Made by a program: the position numbers and the translations under genes | Assembly (NCBI GenBank): GCA_963721235.1 | Contig: CAVRIK010000007.1 | Location: forward strand, 415,398 to 479,397 | Direction of reading: 5' to 3' | Source of the DNA: an uncultured Thermoleophilia bacterium | GTDB lineage: Bacteria > Actinomycetota > Thermoleophilia > Gaiellales > Gaiellaceae | Length of the DNA: 64,000 nt | Part shown: one piece after another, positions 26,877 to 35,985 of the stretch | Layout: each line of letters begins with the position of its first letter | Numbering within the stretch: position 1 is the stretch's first letter | The notes under the pieces: generated by a model | What the model was told of the DNA's origin: nothing | Databases searched by the model: none | Seen by the model: the letters and a program-made list of their open reading frames with translations, nothing else

Positions 26877-27533
26877 ATGCACGAGTCCGAGGCGGCCGAC
26901 GGGCGGCTCTTCACCTGCGCCGAGCTCACCCAGCGGGTCGGCCCGCTGGCGGGCGAGCACCGGGACGAGCGGTGCGACGAGGTGCTCTACGTCCTCTCCG
27001 GCTCGGGCAGCGTGGCGATCGACGGGCACACGGCGGAGCTGCGCCCGGGCACGGCGCTGTTCGTCTCCCGGGGCACGGCCTGGTCGGCGGCGGGCGACGC
27101 GCGCGCCGTCTCGGTGCTCGTCCACGACCCCGCCCCGGCCACTGCCCGACACGCCGTCGTCGACCTGACCGCGGTCGAGAAGGGCGAGGCGACGGCGGGG
27201 CGGGAGTTCCTGCTCGGCGCGACACCGGCCGTCGGCTGCACGTCGGTCACCCAGTTCATCGGCCTGATCCCGCCGGGACGGGCGCCCGACCACTTCCACC
27301 GCTACGACGAGGTGATCTACGTGCTCGAGGGCGAGGGCGTGCTCGAGATCGGCGGCGAGCAGGCCCCGCTCCGGCCGGGCACCTGCATCCACCTGCCGCG
27401 GACGCTCGTCCACTGCCTCGCCAACACGGGCGAGACCGAACTGCGCGTGCTCGGCGTGTTCACGCCGGCGGGCTCGCCGGCCGAGGCCTATTACCCGGAC
27501 GGCACCCTCGCCGTCCTCCCGGAAAGGAGCTGA
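26877..27533 (+). CDS. bicupin domain protein
   Basis: ORF 26538..27533 trimmed to the ATG at 26877; the upstream part is antisense to the SnoaL-like gene. The second cupin has PDHFHRYDEVIYVLEGEG and the first is degenerate. GTG at 26865 is an alternative start. Confidence 0.7.
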   Translation: MHESEAADGRLFTCAELTQRVGPLAGEHRDERCDEVLYVLSGSGSVAIDGHTAELRPGTALFVSRGTAWSAAGDARAVSVLVHDPAPATARHAVVDLTAVEKGEATAGREFLLGATPAVGCTSVTQFIGLIPPGRAPDHFHRYDEVIYVLEGEGVLEIGGEQAPLRPGTCIHLPRTLVHCLANTGETELRVLGVFTPAGSPAEAYYPDGTLAVLPERS

Positions 27534-27535
27534 CG

Positions 27536-27976
27536 GTGCCGAGGATCGAACGGACTGCAGACGTCGTCTGGGAGGGGAACGTCGCCCGGGGAAACGGCTC
27601 GATCGACGCCGGCTCGGGAGCCTTCGGCGCGCTGCCGTTCTCACTGCCGAGCCGGATCGGGCGACCGGAGGGCAAGACGAGCCCGGAGGAGCTGCTCGCG
27701 GCCGCCCATGCCGCCTGCCTGACGATGTCCCTGGCGAGCGAACTGACGCAGGCTGGGACGCCGCCGACACGCCTCGACGTCACGTGCCGGATCATCATGG
27801 ACGAGGTTGCCGGGGAAGGCCATCAGATCGTCGGCTCTCAGGTTTCGATCGCCGCCGACGTCGAGGGCGCATCGGACGCGGCGCTCGCGGAGGCGACCGA
27901 GCGGGCAGACGCGGGCTGCCCGTTCTCGACGCTGCTCCGCAAGGCAGGCGCGAAGGTCGAGATCAGCCGCGCCTGA
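27536..27976 (+). CDS. OsmC/Ohr family peroxiredoxin-like protein
   Basis: GTG at 27536 preceded by GGAAAGGAG. TSPEELLAAAHAACLTMSL and AGCPFSTLL contain the two conserved OsmC cysteines. Confidence 0.8.
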   Translation: MPRIERTADVVWEGNVARGNGSIDAGSGAFGALPFSLPSRIGRPEGKTSPEELLAAAHAACLTMSLASELTQAGTPPTRLDVTCRIIMDEVAGEGHQIVGSQVSIAADVEGASDAALAEATERADAGCPFSTLLRKAGAKVEISRA

Positions 27977-29081
27977 GCTCGTCGCCGTGCTCGTCGAGGT
28001 CCGGCGGGCGGCGGCGGACGGTCGCCGGCGTCTCGGAGAGCCGCGCCGGAAACGCCACGGTGCGCACGCCGTCCGTCTCGTCGATCACGTCGAGGCCGAG
28101 CCGGGCCGCGAGTGAGAAGGCCTCGTCGATCGTCTGCACCGGCCCCGACGGCACGCCGGCCTCGAGCAGCAGGTCGCGCCACTCGGAGCGGGCCCGCAGG
28201 CGCAGGCGCGCCTCGAGCAGCGGCCGGAGCTCGGCGCGGTGTGCGACCCGCGCCTCGTTCGTGGCGAACCGGGGATCGACCGCCAGCTCGGGGGCGCCGA
28301 TCGCGTCCGCGAGCCGGCGGAACTGGCCGTCGTTGCCGGCCCCGACCATCAGGTCGCCGTCGGCCGCCGCGTAGGTCGCGAACGGCTCGATGCTCGGATG
28401 GTCGTTGCCGAGCCGGAGCGGCACCTCGCCGTCGGCGAGCCAGCCCGTCGACTGGTTCGCGAGCATGGCGAGGTCGGCGCTCAGGAGGTCGATCGTCACC
28501 CGCTGGCCACGGCCGGTGGCACGGCGGGCGTAGAGGGCGGCGAGCACGCCGACCGTGGCGTAGAGGGCGGTGACGACGTCGATGATCGCGACGCCCGCCT
28601 TGGAGGGGGTCTCGGGCGGCCCCGTGATGCTCATCAGACCCCCGACCGCCTGCACGATCGGGTCGTAACCGGGCATGCGCGCGCCGCCGCGCTCGCCGAA
28701 GCCGCTGATCTCGCAGTGGATCACGCCGGGATTCGCCGCCCTGACCGTCTCGTGGTCGAGCCCGAAGCGCGCCAGCGTGCCCGGCTTGAAGTTGGAGACG
28801 ACCACGTCCGCCCCTGCGCACAGCTGCCTCGCCAGGTCGAGGTCGTGCTCGGTCTTCAGGTCGAGCACGATCGAGCGCTTGTTGCGGTTGGCTGCGTGGT
28901 GATAGGCGGCGCGACCCTGGGCATCGGCCGGCGGCGACCAGCGGCGCGTGTCGTCGCCCTCCGGCGACTCGACCTTGATCACGTCGGCGCCGAAGTCGCC
29001 GAGGGTCATCGCGACGAGCGGCCCCGCGAGCACCCGCGACAGGTCGACGACGACGATCCCGTCCAGAGCGCCGGGTGTCAC
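27963..29081 (-). CDS. family III CoA-transferase (CaiB/BaiF type)
   Basis: GIVVVDLSRVLAGPLVAMTLGDFGADVIKVE ... NFKPGTLARFGL is typical of the family; 372 aa. The start lies 3 nt after the HypA-like stop. Confidence 0.85.
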   Translation of the reverse strand: MTPGALDGIVVVDLSRVLAGPLVAMTLGDFGADVIKVESPEGDDTRRWSPPADAQGRAAYHHAANRNKRSIVLDLKTEHDLDLARQLCAGADVVVSNFKPGTLARFGLDHETVRAANPGVIHCEISGFGERGGARMPGYDPIVQAVGGLMSITGPPETPSKAGVAIIDVVTALYATVGVLAALYARRATGRGQRVTIDLLSADLAMLANQSTGWLADGEVPLRLGNDHPSIEPFATYAAADGDLMVGAGNDGQFRRLADAIGAPELAVDPRFATNEARVAHRAELRPLLEARLRLRARSEWRDLLLEAGVPSGPVQTIDEAFSLAARLGLDVIDETDGVRTVAFPARLSETPATVRRRPPDLDEHGDELRRG

Positions 29082-29084
29082 CGC

Positions 29085-29348
29085 CTACACCTCGACGTCG
29101 ATCGACTCGAGCACGACACCCTGTGCACCGGGCTCGGTCGGATCGGTGGAGAGCTCGGCCTCGACCGCCGCGCCTTCGGCGAGCGTCCCGCGCGAAGCGT
29201 CCTCGAAGTGCTCCCGGAAGTGCCCGGGCGTGAAGTGCGACAGGGCGCCGAGCCGCACCTTGATTCGCGTCACCCGCGTGGCCCCCTCGGCATGCGCCTG
29301 CGACTCGATCTTGCGCATCAGGTCGTCCATCAGCGCTCGCTCGTGCAT
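29085..29348 (-). CDS. hypA: HypA-like hydrogenase nickel chaperone lacking the zinc-ribbon domain
   Basis: ORF 29085..29777 trimmed to the ATG at 29348. The 87-aa product starts with MHE (Ni-binding motif) and ends VVLESIDVEV like HypA, but it contains no cysteine at all. Confidence 0.6.
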   Translation of the reverse strand: MHERALMDDLMRKIESQAHAEGATRVTRIKVRLGALSHFTPGHFREHFEDASRGTLAEGAAVEAELSTDPTEPGAQGVVLESIDVEV

Positions 29349-29779
29349 GCCTCCACCTCCTCTCGCACCATCTCGGCCGTCTGCTCGACCGCCGCGGCGA
29401 CCGCGGGCGTGAGCTCGTCGCCGATCTCGAAGCTGCCTCCCTCGATCCCGAAGACGACCGTCCGGCCGGGCAGGCGCCCGAGCACACGGGCCAGCTCGAC
29501 CGCCTCGGCGACGCCGACGTGGTGCGTCGAGCGGCGGAAGAGCTCGGTGGGCAGCTCCCGCTGGCTGGCGTCGAGCCGGTGAAGGGTGCCCGGCTCGGCG
29601 CCGGACGACACTGCATCGACCAGCCAGAGCGTGGTTGCTCCCTCCCAGGCGTCGATCAGCGCGGTCGGCTCGCCCTCGCGCTCGAGCAGCTCGACGTCCG
29701 GCGGCAGCGTCCCCCGCAGGCGGCCCGCGACCCTCAGCCCGGCAGCGTCGTCGCACCGCCAGGGATTGCCCACACACAC
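29330..29779 (-). CDS. hydrogenase maturation endopeptidase (HyaD/HoxM family)
   Basis: ORF 29330..30772 trimmed. (LK)VVCVGNPWRCDDAAG ... THHVG motifs. GTG at 29779 was chosen. CTG at 29788 and GTGs at 29773 or about 29839 are alternatives. Confidence 0.75.
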   Translation of the reverse strand: MCVGNPWRCDDAAGLRVAGRLRGTLPPDVELLEREGEPTALIDAWEGATTLWLVDAVSSGAEPGTLHRLDASQRELPTELFRRSTHHVGVAEAVELARVLGRLPGRTVVFGIEGGSFEIGDELTPAVAAAVEQTAEMVREEVEACTSER

Positions 29780-29784
29780 GACCT

Positions 29785-31083
29785 TCAGCGCCGCTCGACC
29801 TCGAGCTTCAGGAAGTGCGTCGCGCACGAGATGCACGGATCGTAGTTGCGGATCGTCTGCTCGCAGAGAATCGAGAGCGCGTCGTCGGGAACGTCGAGGG
29901 AGCGCTCGACGACTCCGCGCAGGTCCTCCTCGATCGTCCTCTGGTTCTGTGAGGTCGGCGGCACGATCTTCGCCTCGAGAATCGTGCCGTCGTCGTCGAT
30001 CGCGTAACGGTGGTAGAGAATGCCGCGCGGCGCTTCGGTGCAGCCGAACCCGACACCCGCGCGCGGCTCGACCTCGACGGACGGGGCATCGGGCTCCTCG
30101 TACTCGGCGATCAGGCGCAGCGCCTCGTCCGCGGCATACACGAGCTCGACGCTCCGCACGACGATGCTGCGGAAGGGATTGCGCTCGGACGGGTCGAGCC
30201 CCGCTTCCGCGGCCGACTGCCGGGCGAGCGGCGAGAGCCGGTCGGCGAACAGCGCGAACCGGGCCAGGGGGCCGCAGAGGTACGAGCCTCGTTCGATCAC
30301 CTGCGAGTGGAGGGCGTTCGACCAGGCGACGTGCTCCTCGACGAAATGGTCGTCGTACTCGGAGACGGCGATGTCGAGGCCGCGGTTCGACACGATGCGG
30401 CCACGGTCGATCGGATACTCGCCGGGCTCGTCGAGCGTGACCAGCTCGTAGTCCTGCTGGTAGTCGGGGAAGTCGAAGCCGGCCGTGATGCGCACCGCCT
30501 CGAGCGCGATCTCGCGCGCCCGCTCGAGCTTCTCCACGAGCGGGGCGAGCTCGCGCTTGCGCGGAGTGCGATACCAGCCGCCGACCTTCACGTTGATCGG
30601 ATGCACCTCGCGGCCGCCGATCACCGTCATCAGCTCGTTGCCGGCCTTCTTCAGCTCGAGCGCCTGGGCGACCAGGCCGGGATTGTCGCGTGCCAGCTCG
30701 ATCGCGCTCGTGTAGCCGAGGAAGTCGGGCGCGTGGAGCATGAAAACGTGCAGCGCGTGGCTTTCGATCCACTCGCCGCAGTAGAGCAGCCGCCGCAGCG
30801 CGCGCAGCTGCCCGCCCACCTCCACACCGCAGGCCTGCTCCATCGCCTGCACCGAGCTCATCTGGTAGGCGACCGGGCAGATCCCGCAGATCCGGGCGGT
30901 GATGTCGGGCGCCTCGGTGAACGCACGGCCGCGCAGGAATGCCTCGAAGAACCGCGGCGGCTCGTAGATGTTCAGCTTCACCTCTTCCACGCGGCCGTTC
31001 TCGATCTTGACGAGCATCGCTCCTTCGCCCTCGACGCGGGCGAGGTAGTCGGTCTTGATCGTCTTCGTCCGCGGCTCAGCCAT
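29785..31083 (-). CDS. [NiFe] hydrogenase large (alpha) subunit, group 3-type
   Basis: Trimmed to the ATG at 31083 ([21 protein letters not shown]). N-terminal RICGIC and C-terminal DPCISCATH Ni-binding cysteine pairs, followed by the 9-aa tail FLKLEVERR. Confidence 0.9.
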   Translation of the reverse strand: MAEPRTKTIKTDYLARVEGEGAMLVKIENGRVEEVKLNIYEPPRFFEAFLRGRAFTEAPDITARICGICPVAYQMSSVQAMEQACGVEVGGQLRALRRLLYCGEWIESHALHVFMLHAPDFLGYTSAIELARDNPGLVAQALELKKAGNELMTVIGGREVHPINVKVGGWYRTPRKRELAPLVEKLERAREIALEAVRITAGFDFPDYQQDYELVTLDEPGEYPIDRGRIVSNRGLDIAVSEYDDHFVEEHVAWSNALHSQVIERGSYLCGPLARFALFADRLSPLARQSAAEAGLDPSERNPFRSIVVRSVELVYAADEALRLIAEYEEPDAPSVEVEPRAGVGFGCTEAPRGILYHRYAIDDDGTILEAKIVPPTSQNQRTIEEDLRGVVERSLDVPDDALSILCEQTIRNYDPCISCATHFLKLEVERR

Positions 31084-31849
31084 TGTTCGCACGTGCCCTC
31101 TCGAACGGCTCGACGTTGAAGGTGCGGAAGGCGCGTTCGATCGCGGTGTCACCCATGCCGAGCACGCGCAGCCGGTGAGTCAGCGCAACCGTGTTCGGCG
31201 TCTCCATCGGCCCGAAGCACCCGTAGCAGCCGCGGTTGTACGCGGGACAGATGGCGCCGCAGCCGGCGTGTGTGACCGGGCCGAGGCAGGGGGTGCCGTG
31301 GGCCACCGTCACACAGACCGTGCCGCGGGCCTTGCACTCCATGCAGACGCTGGTGGCGGGGATGTTCGGACGCCGCCCGTGCAGGAGCGCAGTGATCACC
31401 TCGAGCAGCTGGTGCTTGTTGATCGGGCAGCCGTTGAGCTCGAAGTCCACCGCGACGTGCGCGGAGATCGGTGTGGAGGTCGACAGCGTCGAGACGTACT
31501 CGGGCGTCGCGTACACGACCGACACGAACTCGTCGACGTCGGCGAAGTTCTTGAGCGCCTGGATTCCACCGGCGGTCGCGCAGGCGCCGATCGTGACGAG
31601 CTTCCGCGACGAACGGCGCACCTCCTGGATGCGGTCGACGTCGTGCGGCGTCGTCACGGAGCCTTCGACGAGCGACAGGTCGTACGGGCCTTCGACGGTC
31701 GCGCTGCTCGCCTCCAGGAAGTAGGCGATCTCGACCTCGCCCGCGAGCGAGAGCAGCTCGTCCTCGCAGTCGAGGAGCGACAGCTGGCAGCCGTCGCAGG
31801 AGGAGAACTTCCAGACGGCAAGCGTCGGTTTGTGGGTCTCGGGCATCAC
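31076..31849 (-). CDS. [NiFe] hydrogenase small (delta) subunit, group 3-type
   Basis: 257 aa. Cysteine motifs [25 protein letters not shown] and GCGAICP. No Tat signal, as expected for a cytosolic enzyme. Confidence 0.85.
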   Translation of the reverse strand: MMPETHKPTLAVWKFSSCDGCQLSLLDCEDELLSLAGEVEIAYFLEASSATVEGPYDLSLVEGSVTTPHDVDRIQEVRRSSRKLVTIGACATAGGIQALKNFADVDEFVSVVYATPEYVSTLSTSTPISAHVAVDFELNGCPINKHQLLEVITALLHGRRPNIPATSVCMECKARGTVCVTVAHGTPCLGPVTHAGCGAICPAYNRGCYGCFGPMETPNTVALTHRLRVLGMGDTAIERAFRTFNVEPFERARANNG

Positions 31850-32691
31850 AGCTCGCGCGCTCCCATCAGGTCGGCGATCTCGTCGTAGCGATAGACCGGG
31901 CCGTCGCGGCAGATCAGCGTCGGGCCGAGCTGGCAGTGGCCGCAGTGACCGAGCCCACAGCGCATGTTGCGCTCCATCGAGAGGTAGATCCGGTCGCGCG
32001 GCACGCCGCGCTCGAGGAGCCCGCGGGCGGCGAAGTGCATCATGATCTCAGGCCCGCACACGAACGCGGTCGTCGACGCCGGGTCGAAGCGGGCGCTGCC
32101 GATCAGCTTCGGCACCACGCCGACCTTGCCGAGCCAGCCACCCTCGGCCGTGTCCACGGTCACGTCGACCTGCAGGTCGAAGCGTGCGCGCAGGCCCTGC
32201 AGCTCGGAGCTGTAGAGCAGATCGGCAGGTGTGCGGCTGCCGTAGAGCAGTGCGACGTCCCCGTACTCACGACGGTCGGCGAGCACCTGCAGGACCGCCG
32301 GCCGGAGCGGCGCGAGCCCGATGCCCCCTGCGACGATCACGATGTCGGCGCCGGCGGCGGCCTCCACCGGCCACACGTTCCCGAACGGGCCGCGCACGCC
32401 GAGCACGTCGCCGGGCTGCGCAGCGCAGATCGCCTCGGAGACGGCTCCGACGGAACGCACCGTGTGGACGAGCGGGCCTCCGGGCTCGCCCGAGACCGAG
32501 ATCGGCACCTCGCCGATCCCGAAGGCGTACAGCATCGTGAACTGGCCCGGCGCGAAGTCGATCCGCTCGCCGTGCACCGGCTCGAGCTCGAGTGTCCAGG
32601 TGTCGCGCAGCTCACGGGTGCGCGAGACGACGCGGAACGGCTCGGGCGTCATCGGCCCATGCGCTCTCGGCAGCTCAGCTGTTGCCGTCAT
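31846..32691 (-). CDS. hydrogenase gamma subunit, FAD/NAD(P)-binding oxidoreductase with 2Fe-2S site
   Basis: Ferredoxin-reductase-type fold ([17 protein letters not shown]) and C-terminal CGLGHCGHC ... C motif. Confidence 0.85.
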   Translation of the reverse strand: MTATAELPRAHGPMTPEPFRVVSRTRELRDTWTLELEPVHGERIDFAPGQFTMLYAFGIGEVPISVSGEPGGPLVHTVRSVGAVSEAICAAQPGDVLGVRGPFGNVWPVEAAAGADIVIVAGGIGLAPLRPAVLQVLADRREYGDVALLYGSRTPADLLYSSELQGLRARFDLQVDVTVDTAEGGWLGKVGVVPKLIGSARFDPASTTAFVCGPEIMMHFAARGLLERGVPRDRIYLSMERNMRCGLGHCGHCQLGPTLICRDGPVYRYDEIADLMGAREL

Positions 32692-33148
32692 ACCCGTAGA
32701 CGTCGAGGAGCCGTTGCCGTGTCCACTGCAGCCGTCCGATCACGACCTGCGTGAAGCGCGACATCAGGTCGTAGCCGAACTGCGCGTCGGTCTCGCACTT
32801 GCCGCGCAGGCAGGCGCCGTCGAAGCTCGTGGCGCGGACGAGGGAGAGCGCCCGCGCGTCGAAGTGCCAGCGGTACGGCGGGAAGAGCCACGCCCAGCCG
32901 AGCACCTCGCCGGCGTCGATCGTGTCGATCGTCACCGGGCCTCGCGTCGGGACGAACGTCTCCAGCGCGACGCTGCCGTGCCGGAGGACGTAGAACGTGT
33001 TCGCTTCCTCCCCGTCGCGGAACAGGAACTCACCTTCGCGGAACTGGACGTTCCTGCCACACCCCGCGATCAACTCGAGCTCCGGCTGTGTCAGGCCCTC
33101 GAAGAGGGACACGTTCTTCAGGATCTGCTCAATCGTCTCCATGACCAA
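32675..33148 (-). CDS. cyclic nucleotide-binding (CNB) domain protein embedded in the hydrogenase operon
   Basis: 157 aa. [20 protein letters not shown] ... [25 protein letters not shown] shows CNB beta-barrel features. The phosphate-binding cassette is atypical ([21 protein letters not shown]). Overlaps both neighbours (17 and 20 nt). Confidence 0.8.
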   Translation of the reverse strand: MVMETIEQILKNVSLFEGLTQPELELIAGCGRNVQFREGEFLFRDGEEANTFYVLRHGSVALETFVPTRGPVTIDTIDAGEVLGWAWLFPPYRWHFDARALSLVRATSFDGACLRGKCETDAQFGYDLMSRFTQVVIGRLQWTRQRLLDVYGYDGNS

Positions 33149-34262
33149 CTCCCTCGCCGGCGCGGATCGCGGTCAGCTCGGCCGTCACGTCGATGCCGAC
33201 GGGGCACCAGGCGATGCAGCGCCCGCAACCGACGCAACCCGAGCTGTCGAACTGGTCGTACCAGGTGCCGAACTTGTGGGTGAGCCACTGGCGATAGCGC
33301 GAGCGGCCCGACGGCCGGATGCTGCCGCCGTGGATGTACGAGTGATCGACCGAGAAGCACGAGTCCCACGATCTCGTGCGTTCCGCGTGGTCGCCCGTCA
33401 GGTCGGTGACGTCCTCGACGCTCGAGCAGAAGCAGGTCGGGCAGACGAGCGTGCAGTTGCCGCAGGTGAGGCAGCGCGCGGCGACGTCGTCCCAGCGTTC
33501 GCTCTCGAGGTTCCGCGCGAGCAGGTCGCGGATGTCGGTGACATCGACGCTCCGTCCCATGCGCTCGGTCGCGCGCTCCACCGTCGCGGCCGCTGCTTCG
33601 AGATCGGCGGGCTCGGCGTCGCGGCAGGGCAGCTCGCGGGCCACCTCGGCGCCGCGCTCGCTCCCGACCTCGACGAGGAGACGGTGCGTCCCGTCCAGGA
33701 TCTCGGTGAGGGCGAGGTCGTAGCCGGCCCCCGCCTTGGGGCCGGTGCCCATCGACACGCAGAAGCAGGTGCCCGACGGCTCGAAGCAGTTGACCGCGAC
33801 GATGAACGCGTCCTGGCGGCGCGCGGCGTAGTCACGGTCGGCGTAGGAGCCGCCGAGGAAGACCTTGTCCTGGATCGCGATCCCGTGCAGCTCGCAGGCG
33901 CGCACGCCGACGAGCGCGAGCGGCGGGCCGTCCACCGGCTCCTCCTCGATCTCGAAGCCCTCGGTGCCGCGGCGGGCCTGCCAGAGCCGGACCTTCGGCG
34001 GGAAGAGAAACTGCTTCCAGGAATGCGGGCCGAGCGCATAGCCGAAGCGCGCCTCGTCGTCGCGGCGCTCGAGCCGGTAGGAGGCGGCGTCCTGCACGTC
34101 CTTCCAGCCGATCGGCAGATCCTCGGCCGACTCGAGATCCTCGTAGACGATCGCGCCGTCGCGAACCGTCGGACCGAGGACGCGGTAGCCGCGACCGGCG
34201 AGCGCACCGAGCAGATCGGCCAGAACTTCCGGCGCAATCACGCTTGTCTGAACGGATTCCAC
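33129..34262 (-). CDS. hydrogenase beta subunit, 4Fe-4S dicluster protein (sulfite reductase AsrA-like)
   Basis: [14 protein letters not shown] and [12 protein letters not shown] ferredoxin motifs; 377 aa. First gene of the operon. Confidence 0.85.
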   Translation of the reverse strand: MESVQTSVIAPEVLADLLGALAGRGYRVLGPTVRDGAIVYEDLESAEDLPIGWKDVQDAASYRLERRDDEARFGYALGPHSWKQFLFPPKVRLWQARRGTEGFEIEEEPVDGPPLALVGVRACELHGIAIQDKVFLGGSYADRDYAARRQDAFIVAVNCFEPSGTCFCVSMGTGPKAGAGYDLALTEILDGTHRLLVEVGSERGAEVARELPCRDAEPADLEAAAATVERATERMGRSVDVTDIRDLLARNLESERWDDVAARCLTCGNCTLVCPTCFCSSVEDVTDLTGDHAERTRSWDSCFSVDHSYIHGGSIRPSGRSRYRQWLTHKFGTWYDQFDSSGCVGCGRCIAWCPVGIDVTAELTAIRAGEGVGHGDD

Positions 34263-34397
34263 GGCTCGCCCTCACACTCGCAGGCCCGCGAGTGCCGACC
34301 ATCGGTGGGCACACGGAGCCCGCGATGCGGGTTAGCCGCAGAGGATACGTGCCGACTCTCCCTTGCGAGGAGCGGCCGCATCCGCAAGGCTCGAGCC

Positions 34398-34664
34398 ATG
34401 TGCCTCGCGATTCCGGCCCAGATCGTCGAGATCGTCGATCCGGAGGGCGCCCTCGCGAAGGCGGAGATCTCCGGCGTCCGGCGCGCAGTGTCCTACGCCC
34501 TCTGCCCCGGCCTCGAAGTGGGCGACTGGGTGCTCGTCCACGTCGGGTTCGCGCTCGAGCGGATCGACGAGCAGCAGGCGCGCGAGACGCTCGAGCTGCT
34601 CGAGCAGATGGGCGAGGCCTACGAGCAGGAAGTGCGCGAGATCAGGGAGAGCGCCGCGCTGTGA
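34398..34664 (+). CDS. hypC: HypC/HybG/HupF family hydrogenase maturation chaperone
   Basis: Starts MCLAIPAQIVEI (canonical N-terminal Cys2); 88 aa. It forms the tail of track ORF 32997..34664. Confidence 0.85.
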   Translation: MCLAIPAQIVEIVDPEGALAKAEISGVRRAVSYALCPGLEVGDWVLVHVGFALERIDEQQARETLELLEQMGEAYEQEVREIRESAAL

Positions 34665-34867
34665 CCCACCGCGAGGAGCATTGCATCACCTGCGGCGACC
34701 GGGCGGTCGCCGCCACGGTCGTGGGCATCGAGGGCGTCACCGCGACCGTCGAGCTCGCCGGCGCCCGCGAGCAGGTCGGGATCGAGCTCGTCGAGCCGGT
34801 CGCGGTCGGCGACCTGCTGCTCTGTCATGCCGGGATCGCGCTCGAGAAGCTCGCGGGCACGCCGTGA
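34661..34867 (+). CDS. second HypC/HupF-like small protein with non-canonical N-terminus
   Basis: GTG at 34661 in a GTGA overlap with the hypC stop; 68 aa. VTHREEHCITCGDRAVAATVVGIEG ... DLLLCHAGIALEKL resembles the HypC OB-fold, but the cysteines sit at positions 8 and 11. Confidence 0.6.
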   Translation: MTHREEHCITCGDRAVAATVVGIEGVTATVELAGAREQVGIELVEPVAVGDLLLCHAGIALEKLAGTP

Positions 34868-35985
34868 GGTTCGTCGACGAGTTTCGCTCCGGCGAGCTCG
34901 CCCGGAAGCTCGTGCACGAGCTGGAGTCGCTCGTCGAGCACGGCCGCCCGCTGAAGTTCATGGAGGTCTGCGGGGGGCACACGCACACGATCTACAAGCA
35001 CGGCATCGAGGACCTCGTGCCGCCGGAGATCGACTTCCTGCACGGGCCCGGCTGCCCCGTGTGCGTGATCCCGATGGGACGGGTCGACGACGCGATCGCG
35101 CTCGCCGAACGCCCCGAGGTGATCTTCACGACGTTCGGCGACATGCTGCGCGTGCCCGGCGGGCGGGGATCGCTGCTCGAGGCGAAGGCGCGAGGGGCCG
35201 ACGTGCGCATGGTCTACTCGCCGCTCGACGCCCTCGAGCTCGCGCGCCGCAATCCCGACCGCGAGGTGATCTTCTTCGCGATCGGGTTCGAGACGACCGC
35301 GCCCGCGACGGCGATCACGCTGCTGCGTGCGCGCGCCGACGGCATCTCGAACTTCTCGGCCTTCTGCAACCACGTGACGATCGGGCCTCCGCTGAAGGCG
35401 ATCCTCGACTCTCCCGGCCTGCAGCTCGACGGGTTCATCGCGCCCGGTCACGTCTCCACCGTGATCGGCACGCGCCCGTACGACTTCATGGCACGCGACT
35501 ACGGCAAGCCCGTCGTCGTCACGGCGTTCGAGCCGATCGACATCCTGCACGCGACCGTGATGCTCGTCCGGCAGTTGCGCGAAGGACGCTGCCAGGTGGA
35601 GAACCAGTACACGCGCGTCGTCAAGCGAGACGGCAACGCGCGGGCGCTGGCCGTGCTCGACGAGACGATGGAGCTCCGCGACACGTTCGAGTGGCGCGGC
35701 CTCGGCTGGATCGAGCGGAGCGCGCTGAGGCTGCGGCCCGAGCTCGCCGCCTGGGACGCGGAGGCTCGCTTCGAGCTGCCCGGAGCGCGGGTCGAGGATC
35801 CGAAGGCCTGCCAGTGCGGCGAGGTCCTCGTGGGCGCCATCAAGCCGTGGGAATGCAAGGTCTTCGGCACCGCGTGCACGCCCGAGCGGCCGATCGGCAC
35901 GTGCATGGTCTCGAGCGAAGGGGCGTGCGCCGCCTACTACAACTACGGACGGCTCGCCAAACGCCGCGAGCGCGTCCCGGCATGA
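34864..35985 (+). CDS. hypD: hydrogenase formation protein HypD
   Basis: GTG at 34864 (GTGA overlap). Motifs CGGHTH, GPGCPVCV and a C-terminal cysteine cluster; 373 aa. Confidence 0.9.
   Translation: MRFVDEFRSGELARKLVHELESLVEHGRPLKFMEVCGGHTHTIYKHGIEDLVPPEIDFLHGPGCPVCVIPMGRVDDAIALAERPEVIFTTFGDMLRVPGGRGSLLEAKARGADVRMVYSPLDALELARRNPDREVIFFAIGFETTAPATAITLLRARADGISNFSAFCNHVTIGPPLKAILDSPGLQLDGFIAPGHVSTVIGTRPYDFMARDYGKPVVVTAFEPIDILHATVMLVRQLREGRCQVENQYTRVVKRDGNARALAVLDETMELRDTFEWRGLGWIERSALRLRPELAAWDAEARFELPGARVEDPKACQCGEVLVGAIKPWECKVFGTACTPERPIGTCMVSSEGACAAYYNYGRLAKRRERVPA

Noticed and set aside
34361-34389. 7-bp inverted repeat CCTTGCG-N15-CGCAAGG just upstream of hypC
   Set aside because: It is short, its significance is at chance level in GC-rich DNA, and it is partly explained by the ribosome-binding region. 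I did not call it a feature.
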